Shown here: positions 1-8,222 of the stretch, piece after piece
Layout: each line of letters starts with the position of its first letter
Position numbering within the stretch: position 1 is the first letter of the stretch
Origin: Candidatus Poribacteria bacterium
GTDB lineage: Bacteria > Poribacteria > WGA-4E > WGA-3G
Assembly (NCBI GenBank): GCA_047516705.1
Contig: JAKZUG010000116.1
Span: forward strand, 1-41,288
DNA length: 41,288 bases
Reading direction: 5' to 3'
The notes under the pieces: model-generated
Database searches by the model: none
Seen by the model: the letters and a program-made list of their open reading frames with translations, nothing else
What the model was told of the DNA's origin: nothing
Program-made: the position numbers and the translations under genes

Positions 1-1
1 T

Positions 2-1042
2 CACGATGTTGTACAACAAGCAGAAACCACACAACAGAAAGCCGGGGGTGAACCACTGGTCAGGTACCGACGAGACAGCATCAAGACTTTTAGCCACGGT
101 GTTCTTGAACTTGGTGAAACTAACAGAAACTCTTCTGGCGATGGTTGGTACGTAACACGGACAATTAGGGATATAGCAGACGGTATGAAAAATGGAGATC
201 TGCGACGCGTGCCACGCGGTATGCTTTTCCTTGGTCCGCCTGGGACCAGCAAGGCTTACGCCGCAAGGGTACTCGCTGGTGAGGCTAACATGACCCTTGT
301 CCAACTCCGCTACGCCAATCAGGTCAGTGAAGTCACAATAAATATCAATGAAAATGGGAACACTTATGAACGGAACCTGAATGCGGGACTCAATTTTATC
401 CGTGGTATTGCACCGACGGTTGTCTTTATGGATGAAATTGAGCATGCATCGCCGCATACCTCAATGAATCCAGGGGACCATGAGCGGATGTTTCCGCAGC
501 CTCTCGTGAATGCTATGAATGATACGTCATTGCACGGCAGAGTGATATGGGTGGGGGCATCGCAACGACCGGACTTAATGCCACCCATTTTTCGACGGTA
601 CGGCATTTTCGACACCAAATTAATCATGCTACCGCCTGTGAGTGGAGGCAGAGTCGAGATTTTGAGAATATTTTGTCAAGGGCAATCTTCAGGCAACATC
701 AATTTCCAGGCACTTGTCGGCGGTTCAGAGACAGACGGGTTGACTTGGCGGGACCTGTTCTTGATTGTCCAGCGTGCGAATAACATTGCAAGACGTGATG
801 GTCGTGATACCTTCACAGAAGCCGAGCTCCGTCAAGCAATCGAGGACTTCATTCCAGATTATTCACGGGAGATGCAAATCTTCATGGGGTTATTAGCGTT
901 GAGGGAAGCGAATTCACGCATGATGATTCCAGACGGGTTGTTACCGGAATACCAAGAATTTGTTGACAGCAATCGAATTGACAAAACAGGAATTAATAAG
1001 CGTTTGATGGAGTTGAGCAATCAACTCGGTTTGAATGATTGA
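2..1042 (+). CDS. AAA+ ATPase, classic AAA clade (5' end cut by window edge)
   Basis: The frame is open from nt 2, with no stop before the ATG at 185 used by the track, so the gene enters from the left. Walker A-like GPPGTSKA (nt 233-256), Walker B VVFMDEIE, SRH-like VIWVGASQRPDLMPPIFRRYGIFD, and a helical lid at the C-terminus. Confidence 0.8.
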   Translation, partial: HDVVQQAETTQQKAGGEPLVRYRRDSIKTFSHGVLELGETNRNSSGDGWYVTRTIRDIADGMKNGDLRRVPRGMLFLGPPGTSKAYAARVLAGEANMTLVQLRYANQVSEVTININENGNTYERNLNAGLNFIRGIAPTVVFMDEIEHASPHTSMNPGDHERMFPQPLVNAMNDTSLHGRVIWVGASQRPDLMPPIFRRYGIFDTKLIMLPPVSGGRVEILRIFCQGQSSGNINFQALVGGSETDGLTWRDLFLIVQRANNIARRDGRDTFTEAELRQAIEDFIPDYSREMQIFMGLLALREANSRMMIPDGLLPEYQEFVDSNRIDKTGINKRLMELSNQLGLND

Positions 1043-1105
1043 TCGGTAGAGACGAAATCATTAACAAAAGAATAACTTCTTAATTTCTCACACTACTGTG
1101 TTTTT

Positions 1106-1234
1106 AGGGTCATTTAGTTTTAAATAATCTTTTGGATCCTGAACGTTCTTCTTCAACGCCGGCGGGGTTACAAACCGCGCCTACCGGGTCTGGGTCTTCA
1201 AAATTTGAATAAAAATGGAAAACTAAATAGCCCT
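1106..1234. mobile_element. MITE-like element, family 1, copy A (129 bp, non-coding)
   Basis: 16-bp inverted termini AGGGTCATTTAGTTTT (1106-1121) and AAAACTAAATAGCCCT (1219-1234). They are flanked by a perfect 11-bp direct repeat ACTGTGTTTTT (1095-1105 and 1235-1245). The same termini recur at 16812-16931. Confidence 0.6.
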
Positions 1235-1243
1235 ACTGTGTTT

Positions 1244-1272
1244 TTGACAAATATTACATCACTTGTTATAAT
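1244..1272 (+). promoter_or_regulatory. sigma70-type promoter upstream of accD
   Basis: Consensus TTGACA (1244-1249), 17-nt spacer, TATAAT (1267-1272), 37 nt upstream of the accD ATG. Confidence 0.6.
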
Positions 1273-1308
1273 ACCTTACCTATTAAAGGCTAAATTCTGA
1301 CAAAAAAG

Positions 1309-2082
1309 ATGCCTGAAAATTCGAAAATGATCTCATGTAGAAATTGCGACACACAGATTTCGGCAGAGACACTCGCCGAAAATCTGAAAGTGTGTCCACA
1401 CTGCGACTATCATCACTATATGAATGCTTACGAGCGACTCAACCTCATTGTAGATGCAGATAGTTTTGAGGAATACGATGCGAACCTCTACTCTATTGAT
1501 TCACTGGAATTCCCTGAATATCCGCAGAAACTCGAGAGGGATATCGCAAAAACAGGACTCAAATCTGAAATGCTCTCTGGTATCGCCAAAATTGGCGGTT
1601 ATCCTACAGCAATCGCGATTGGTGATGTTGGATTTATAGGTGGCACGTGCGGTTCTGTTATTGGCGAGAAAGTCACCCGATGTATTGAACGCTCCCTTGA
1701 AAACAGGTTGCCGTTAGTCATTGTTTCCGTTAGTGGTGGCATGCGGATGCAGGAGGGCACACTCGCTTTGATGCAGATGGCAAAAACCGCTGCCGCTTGT
1801 GCTGAATATGCTAAAGCGGGGGTCTTTTATATCTCTGTTGTCACTGATCCAACATTTGGCGGTGCCACTGCGAGTTATACATCGCTTGGAGATGTAATTA
1901 TCGCTGAACCCGGTGCTCGGATCGGCTTCGCGGGTCCGTTGGCCGTTGCCAGTCTCCGCGAAGAACTGCCTGAAAACTTCCAAAAGGCAGAGTCTCTATT
2001 AGAGCATGGATTCATTGATGCTATCGTTCACCGCACTGATATGCGACAGATGCTTACTGACCTAATTGCTTTTGCGTCCTGA
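1309..2082 (+). CDS. accD: acetyl-CoA carboxylase carboxyltransferase beta subunit
   Basis: N-terminal CxxC...CxxC zinc ribbon (CRNCDTQ..CPHCDYH). Carboxyltransferase core FIGGTCGSVIGEK, SVSGGMRMQEG, LMQMAKT, VTDPTFGGATAS and GFAGP. Typical length of 257 aa. Confidence 0.95.
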   Translation: MPENSKMISCRNCDTQISAETLAENLKVCPHCDYHHYMNAYERLNLIVDADSFEEYDANLYSIDSLEFPEYPQKLERDIAKTGLKSEMLSGIAKIGGYPTAIAIGDVGFIGGTCGSVIGEKVTRCIERSLENRLPLVIVSVSGGMRMQEGTLALMQMAKTAAACAEYAKAGVFYISVVTDPTFGGATASYTSLGDVIIAEPGARIGFAGPLAVASLREELPENFQKAESLLEHGFIDAIVHRTDMRQMLTDLIAFAS

Positions 2083-2356
2083 TCAGTGAAATTATCTTTT
2101 CCCTGTCTCAAAAAATTAAATTCGTGCCTACCTAACATGAATAGGCGCATAAGTCAGGTATGAAACCATTATCAACATTAGTCGTTAATAAAAATGTATA
2201 GTTATTGCATAATTGCGCACTGTTAGAAGGATTCGCGTCAGTGTAGTACCCTTACATATTTTTTATCTTGGCAAAACTGCTGATACTAAATCGAAAACCG
2301 ATGTACATTTAATCGGTGCAATTATCAATTCAAATATAGGAAAATAGGAATAAAAC

Positions 2357-4645
2357 ATGCCGAAGTCACTCGTCGTTGTTGAATCGCCGGCGAAAGCGAA
2401 AACTATCAAAAAGATTTTAGGTAAGGATTACATTGTTGAATCCTCCGTCGGGCATATCCGAGATCTGCCGAAGAAAGAACTCGGGGTTGATATCGAAAAC
2501 GCCTTTACCCCGAAATATGTCCTTATTCGAGGGAAAGGCAAGGTTGTAAAATCTCTGCAAACCGAGGCACTTAAAGTTGACAACATCTATCTTGCTGCAG
2601 ATCCCGATCGGGAAGGTGAAGCTATCTGTTGGCACCTCGCTGAGGAACTCAAGAAGGCAAAGAAACCTATCTATCGGATAACCTACAACGAAGTCACCAA
2701 AAGTGCTATTTTAGATGCCATCCAAAAACCGGGCGAGATTGATATGGCACTCGTTGATGCCCAACAGGCACGGCGCGTTTTGGACCGCCTCATCGGATGG
2801 CAGATTAGCCCTATTTTGTGGCGTAGTGTCAAACCTGGGCTAAGTGCGGGGAGAGTCCAGTCCGTTGCGGTACTGCTTATCTGTGAACGCGAGGCAGAGA
2901 TTGAGGCGTTCAAACCCGAAGAATACTGGACACTCACTGCAACCCTGACCCCCGTTGAACTTGAGCACCCTTTCCTCGCAAAGTTACATAAGATTGGCAG
3001 CAAGAAAGGTGAGATTAATAACTACGGGTTCCGTATAGACAAGGCACGGGCAAAAGAACTCGCCGCAGACGCAAAGACACACGACTATATTGTCGAAAAT
3101 GTCCAAAAACGGGAGCGGAAGCAGAAACCAGTGCCACCGTTTATCACGAGTACCTTGCAACAGGAGGCATCTCGAAAACTCCGGTTTACTGTCAAAAAGA
3201 CGATGCTTGTTGCGCAACAACTCTATGAAGGATTAGAGATCGGGAACGAAGGTTCGGTCGGGCTTATCACTTACATGCGTACCGATTCAACCCGTATTGC
3301 TCAAGAGGCGCTCCAAGCGGTGCGAGGCTATATTAAAACAACGTATGGCACAGAATATTTGCCGGGTCGAGCGGTTAATTATCCCAGCAAAAAGGGGGCA
3401 CAGGATGCACATGAGGCAATCCGTCCGACCGTCCCCTTACGCCTCCCGGCAGAATTGAAGCCTCATTTGAACAGTGATCAATATCGCCTCTATGAACTTA
3501 TTTGGATGCGATTCATAGCGAGCCAGATGAATCCCGCGATCTTTGATGCGACAACAATTGACATCAAAGCCGGTACCTATCTTTTCCGATCCACCGGTTC
3601 GGTTATCAAATTTGATGGATTCAGGCGTGTCTATATGGAAGGTAAAGATGATACCGCTGCTGATGAAAACGATTCAAATGAAGAGAATATCAGTTTGCCC
3701 GTTCTTAAAGAGGGAGACACGCTTGATCTCCACAAATTAGAACCGAAGCAGCACTTTACACAGCCACCGCCACGCTACAACGAAGCAACACTTGTCAAAA
3801 TGCTGGAGGCGCAAGAGATTGGACGGCCCAGCACCTACGCCTCTATTCTTTCAACAATTCAGAATCGTGGGTATGTGAAAAAAGAGCGCGGGCGACTCTT
3901 ACCTACAGATGTTGGTAGACTCGTCAACCATCTCCTAATTCACGGATTTCCGAACATTGTTGATGTTAAATTCACAGCAAAGATGGAGGAACAACTTGAT
4001 AGCATCGCTGATGGCGAAGTTGCGTGGGTACAAACTTTAAGACAGTTTTATCCGCCTTTCCAAATTGCCCTCGAAGAAGCACCCGATAAGATGTATGAAG
4101 CGCGAAAAGCGATGGAAGAGGCGTCCGACGAGAAGTGTGAAAAATGTGGCGGAAACATGATTGTCAAATGGGGGAGATATGGTCGATTTCTCGGATGTGC
4201 TAACTATCCAGAGTGTGAGAATATTAAACCGTTAAGTACAGATGATACACCTGCTCCGGAACCAGAACCGACCGACACACCCTGTGACAAGTGCGGTGAA
4301 CCAATGGTTATCAGGGCGAGCCGCGCCGGCGGTAAGTTTTTGTCTTGTAGCACATACCCGAAATGCAAAAACGCTAAGCCTATCCCAATGGGTATTGACT
4401 GTCCTGAACCTGATTGTGATGGCTACCTCGGCGAGCGTCGCAGCCGACGTGGGAAAGTCTTTTACGGATGTAGCAACTATCCGAAGTGCGAATTCTCTAC
4501 ATGGGATAAGCCTGTGCCTGAAACTTGCCCAAAATGCGATGCCCCATTTCTCGTTGAGAAAACCAAAAAGGCAAAAGATAATGAGACGATAACCGTGTCA
4601 CTGAGTTGTCACAGATCGAATTGTGATTATACAAAAACAGAGTAA
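2357..4645 (+). CDS. topA: DNA topoisomerase I (type IA) with four C-terminal zinc ribbons
   Basis: TOPRIM start MPKSLVVVESPAKAKTIKKILG, DPDREGEAI, and the active-site Tyr region GLITYMRTDS. Four C4 motifs at the C-terminus (CEKCGG..CANYPEC, CDKCGE..CSTYPKC, CPEPDC..CSNYPKC, CPKCDA..CHRSNC). Confidence 0.97.
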   Translation: MPKSLVVVESPAKAKTIKKILGKDYIVESSVGHIRDLPKKELGVDIENAFTPKYVLIRGKGKVVKSLQTEALKVDNIYLAADPDREGEAICWHLAEELKKAKKPIYRITYNEVTKSAILDAIQKPGEIDMALVDAQQARRVLDRLIGWQISPILWRSVKPGLSAGRVQSVAVLLICEREAEIEAFKPEEYWTLTATLTPVELEHPFLAKLHKIGSKKGEINNYGFRIDKARAKELAADAKTHDYIVENVQKRERKQKPVPPFITSTLQQEASRKLRFTVKKTMLVAQQLYEGLEIGNEGSVGLITYMRTDSTRIAQEALQAVRGYIKTTYGTEYLPGRAVNYPSKKGAQDAHEAIRPTVPLRLPAELKPHLNSDQYRLYELIWMRFIASQMNPAIFDATTIDIKAGTYLFRSTGSVIKFDGFRRVYMEGKDDTAADENDSNEENISLPVLKEGDTLDLHKLEPKQHFTQPPPRYNEATLVKMLEAQEIGRPSTYASILSTIQNRGYVKKERGRLLPTDVGRLVNHLLIHGFPNIVDVKFTAKMEEQLDSIADGEVAWVQTLRQFYPPFQIALEEAPDKMYEARKAMEEASDEKCEKCGGNMIVKWGRYGRFLGCANYPECENIKPLSTDDTPAPEPEPTDTPCDKCGEPMVIRASRAGGKFLSCSTYPKCKNAKPIPMGIDCPEPDCDGYLGERRSRRGKVFYGCSNYPKCEFSTWDKPVPETCPKCDAPFLVEKTKKAKDNETITVSLSCHRSNCDYTKTE

Positions 4646-4693
4646 TTACAACGGGTTTTCATCCGTGTTCTAATCTATCCCAATATTTGCAAG

Positions 4694-5341
4694 ATGATAC
4701 AGATACACCAAGTCAGCTTCAGTTATGATGAACTTAGCGTGCTTGAAAAAGTCAGTTTTCGCGTGGAGCGTGGCGAGTTCGTATTCCTCGTAGGGCCGAG
4801 CGGCTCTGGGAAAACAACACTCCTACGGTTGTTGTACGCCGATTTGATACCCGTGGCGGGAGACCTGAGTGTAATTGGACAAAAACTTGCTACATTGGAC
4901 AAGGTGAGTCTGCCTTACTTTCGCCAGAAAATAGGACTTGTCTTTCAAGATTTCAAATTCTTGGCGGATAAAACGATTCAGGAGAACCTTGCACTGCCAC
5001 AGAGGCTGGTAGGCATGGCACCACGGATAGCGAAAGAGAACGTCAACAAACTTCTGCATCAAATGGGTTTGAGCCATCATCAAGGTGCGCTACCCACTGA
5101 AATATCCAGCAACGAACGGCGACGACTGGCTATAGCCAGAGCCGTTATCAACAATCCAGTATTACTGCTTGCGGATGCCCCTACAGAAGGCTTAGATTTG
5201 CGACTCTCGCTTGAGCTCATGTCGCTCCTCGATGCACTTAATTTTCAAGGTATGACTATCTTTGTAGCAACCTCGGACCACCAACTCGCTGAGAAATGTA
5301 AGAAGCGGATTATTGAATTGCGAGATGGCGGTATCCATTGA
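4694..5341 (+). CDS. ftsE: FtsE-like ABC ATP-binding protein with degenerate catalytic motifs
   Basis: 215-aa ABC NBD with Walker A GPSGSGKTT and Q-loop VFQD, immediately followed by an FtsX-type permease. The signature, Walker B Glu and H-loop are substituted (see findings). Confidence 0.85.
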   Translation: MIQIHQVSFSYDELSVLEKVSFRVERGEFVFLVGPSGSGKTTLLRLLYADLIPVAGDLSVIGQKLATLDKVSLPYFRQKIGLVFQDFKFLADKTIQENLALPQRLVGMAPRIAKENVNKLLHQMGLSHHQGALPTEISSNERRRLAIARAVINNPVLLLADAPTEGLDLRLSLELMSLLDALNFQGMTIFVATSDHQLAEKCKKRIIELRDGGIH

Positions 5342-5441
5342 GACAGATCGTACGATGTTTCTAACTAAATTATATGTGAGATATCTACGCTTCACCACCA
5401 TTCATTTTTACGCCTGCTAATATAGAGAGACTCTACGGAAA

Positions 5442-6299
5442 ATGCGCTATCGTCTTACAAATGCCATATCTCATATCACACGTGCTGGCACTTCGAGTCT
5501 GATAGGTATTGTCGGCATCGGGTTCATCACTACCTTACTCACTACCTTACTGTTAAACCACTCATTCATTTTGCGACAGTCTGAATTTAAAATGCACGCC
5601 CCTACCCTCGTCGCGTTTCTAAAAGACACCGTGGATGAGTCAATGGGGCGCACATTAGTTAGCCAATTAGAGAAGAATGGACAGATTCTCGCTGTAGATT
5701 ATGCTTCAAAGGCTGAAAAACTTGCGAGCGGAGAAACCGAGTTTCAGGATTTGGGTGTTCTGATTAAGGAGGCGTTTTCAGAAACCCGCGGCGTAAACCC
5801 ATTTCCAGCATCCCTCAATGTCTATGTGGACGAAGAATTAATAACCCGTAAAACGTTAGAACACATTGTGTTGGAGATTAAAGCACACGACGAAATCGAA
5901 GACATCTTGTTGACTGGGCAGGGACAACTGAGAGATCGATTGCGCGACTCAGAAAGAACAACTCTCGTCGGCATCGGTGTGTCTGTCATTGCCGTCTGGT
6001 TCATTATCGGTTCGATTATCAAGAAAACAGCAATTACCCGGACCGATGAAGTTCACCTCATGAAACTTCTTGGTATGTTCCGACGCTATCTTCTTGCTCC
6101 TTTTATTGTTCATGGACTCTTCCTCGGTGGGCTTGGTACTTTGTGTGGGCTTGGCTGTTTCTATGGAATGCTGTATCTGTTCAGATCTCAATTAGGCGGC
6201 GTTCATTTCCTTACTATTTATCAAATTATTTCGGTTGTTATCGCTGAGATGCTAATTGGACTCATCGTCGGTTTTGCTACACATCGGAAATTCGCGTAG
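5442..6299 (+). CDS. ftsX: FtsX-like permease (cell-division ABC transporter membrane component)
   Basis: Topology is TM1, a ~110-aa extracytoplasmic domain ending in NPFPASLNVYV, then three C-terminal TM helices. Has the EVHLMKLLG motif typical of FtsX. Sits downstream of ftsE. Confidence 0.8.
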   Translation: MRYRLTNAISHITRAGTSSLIGIVGIGFITTLLTTLLLNHSFILRQSEFKMHAPTLVAFLKDTVDESMGRTLVSQLEKNGQILAVDYASKAEKLASGETEFQDLGVLIKEAFSETRGVNPFPASLNVYVDEELITRKTLEHIVLEIKAHDEIEDILLTGQGQLRDRLRDSERTTLVGIGVSVIAVWFIIGSIIKKTAITRTDEVHLMKLLGMFRRYLLAPFIVHGLFLGGLGTLCGLGCFYGMLYLFRSQLGGVHFLTIYQIISVVIAEMLIGLIVGFATHRKFA

Positions 6300-6351
6300 T
6301 AGGTACTATCTGACAGGGTCCACCCATTACTGCGGAGGGAAATCGTTGAAA

Positions 6352-8202
6352 ATGACAAATCGTGAGATCGGTGCTGTGTTCCGAGCTATCGGATCCCTCC
6401 TACAAATCCAAGGTGACGATGCATTTCGCGCGAGAATTTATGAGCGCGCAGCCGATGTAATTGAAGACTTTCCCCATGAACTGGCTTATGAAGTCCCGGA
6501 ACAGAATACTCCCGGTTACAATAAGAAAGCAGTTGAACAGCTCCGAGCTACACCGGGCATCGGGAAAGCTATCCAAGACAAAACGGTTGAAATGCTGGAA
6601 ACCGGACGTTGCAGATACTATGACGACCTCACCGCGGAAATGGGGACAGGAATACTTGAACTACTTGAACTCCGAGGGATCGGTGTGAAGACTGTCAGTA
6701 GATTCTATCAGGAACTCGGTGTCCGGAATCTCGAAGACCTCCGGGAATTGCTGGAGAGCGGAAAGATGAGAGGTATGAAGGGGATCGGAAAGAAGACCCT
6801 TCAAATGATATCCGAGAGTTTGGAATTTCGCACGCAGCTCCGAAAAGCGCGTCCACTGTGGACTGTTTTGCCGATCGCACAGCGGATTTCCGAGAATTTA
6901 GCGCAATTTATTATAGAGGATGGATGGATAAAACGGAAACCCGAATTCACGGGACATCTACGGCGGTATGAAGAAGTCTGTCGAGGTATAGAATTGATTG
7001 TTGAGTGCCAAGACGAGACAGCGTTTCGATTTGAGAATGGTGTCGTACCCGCTCCGCTGCAAGCGTTTCTTGAACCCTTTTCGCAAACCCAAATAGTTTT
7101 CAAAACGGGCGATCAAATTCAGTACGTGTATGACAGCAACAGCACATCTCTCATTAAAAAAAGTCAAGATGAACCGACAGGTGATGTCCGCGATACACTC
7201 CCCGTAATTCAATTCTACATTGACCAACATTTTCCAGTCTCTATCTATTTGTGCACCGCTGCCACGTACGAAGTAACCCTATTCTTAACGACAGGAGCGG
7301 ATGCACACTTTGACGCGCTACCCGATTGTCCTTCCCCGCAAACGACTGAACATGGTATAACAGAAGCAGGAATTTACGAAGAACTTGGACTCTCCTATAT
7401 TCCACCTGAACTTCGCCAAGATGGCACCTCAGTTGCAGCGGCTAAAGACAATACCTTACCGGATCTCGTTGAATTTACCGATTTGCGAGGGGACTTACAC
7501 GCACATACCGACTGGAGTGACGGACGGAATACGCTTCAGGAGATAGTGGAGGCAGCGAAAGCAGAAGGACTTGAATACTTCGCTATTACTGACCATTCGG
7601 TCTCTTCCACAGTCGCAAACGGTTTGGATCAAAAACGACTCCTTGAACAGGTGAAGCAAGTCCGTGAATTAGATGCAGAGATCGAGGGTATCAAAGTCCT
7701 TGCGGGTTCTGAGGTAGATATTCGGCAGTCCGGTACTCTGGATTTCCCCGATGAGATTTTAGCACAACTTGATATTGTTGTTGCAAGCGTTCATAGTCAT
7801 TTCACACTAACGGAAGCCGAGATGACGCGGCGCATCATTCGCGCAATTGAGAATCCCTTTGTTAATATCATCGGTCATCCTACGGGCAGAATGCTCGGGC
7901 GCAGACCTATGTACCCGCTCAATCTTGAGGAAGTCATTGCAGCCGCTGTAGAAAATAGGACGGTTTTGGAGATTAACGGATCACCGAGTCGATTGGATCT
8001 CGACCCTCAGTTTGTGCGGATGGCAACAGACGCGGGTGTACTGTTAGCGGTCAATACCGATGCGCACGCTATCCGACAACTCGCACACCGACAATCTGGC
8101 TTGAATGTTGCCCGTCGTGGATGGTTGACAAAAACCGATGTCATCAACACATACTCTTTGGAAGAATTGCGCGAGCAATGCAGCATCGGCATGCCTTCTT
8201 AA
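6352..8202 (+). CDS. family X DNA polymerase-like protein with C-terminal PHP phosphoesterase domain
   Basis: ATG at 6352 is preceded by GGAGGG (6335-6340). N-terminal 8-kDa/HhH region (MTNREIGAVFRAIGSLLQIQGDDAFRARIY, GIGKAI, LRGIGVKT, MKGIGKKT). PHP motifs DLHAHTDWSDG, AITDHS, GSEVDI, VASVHS, IIGHPTGR and NTDAHA. Confidence 0.9.
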   Translation: MTNREIGAVFRAIGSLLQIQGDDAFRARIYERAADVIEDFPHELAYEVPEQNTPGYNKKAVEQLRATPGIGKAIQDKTVEMLETGRCRYYDDLTAEMGTGILELLELRGIGVKTVSRFYQELGVRNLEDLRELLESGKMRGMKGIGKKTLQMISESLEFRTQLRKARPLWTVLPIAQRISENLAQFIIEDGWIKRKPEFTGHLRRYEEVCRGIELIVECQDETAFRFENGVVPAPLQAFLEPFSQTQIVFKTGDQIQYVYDSNSTSLIKKSQDEPTGDVRDTLPVIQFYIDQHFPVSIYLCTAATYEVTLFLTTGADAHFDALPDCPSPQTTEHGITEAGIYEELGLSYIPPELRQDGTSVAAAKDNTLPDLVEFTDLRGDLHAHTDWSDGRNTLQEIVEAAKAEGLEYFAITDHSVSSTVANGLDQKRLLEQVKQVRELDAEIEGIKVLAGSEVDIRQSGTLDFPDEILAQLDIVVASVHSHFTLTEAEMTRRIIRAIENPFVNIIGHPTGRMLGRRPMYPLNLEEVIAAAVENRTVLEINGSPSRLDLDPQFVRMATDAGVLLAVNTDAHAIRQLAHRQSGLNVARRGWLTKTDVINTYSLEELREQCSIGMPS

Positions 8203-8222
8203 AACACGTGTCCGTTTGTTGT

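Noticed and set aside
1-252. 83-aa minus-strand ORF at the left edge.
   Set aside because: It is antisense to the AAA+ ATPase frame, which is open from nt 2. It is Arg/Ser/Pro-rich, as expected for an antisense translation.
6256-6351. N-terminal extension of the PolX ORF that overlaps the end of ftsX.
   Set aside because: The extension has no similarity to PolX N-termini. The ATG at 6352 is preceded by GGAGGG and starts exactly at the conserved 8-kDa domain.
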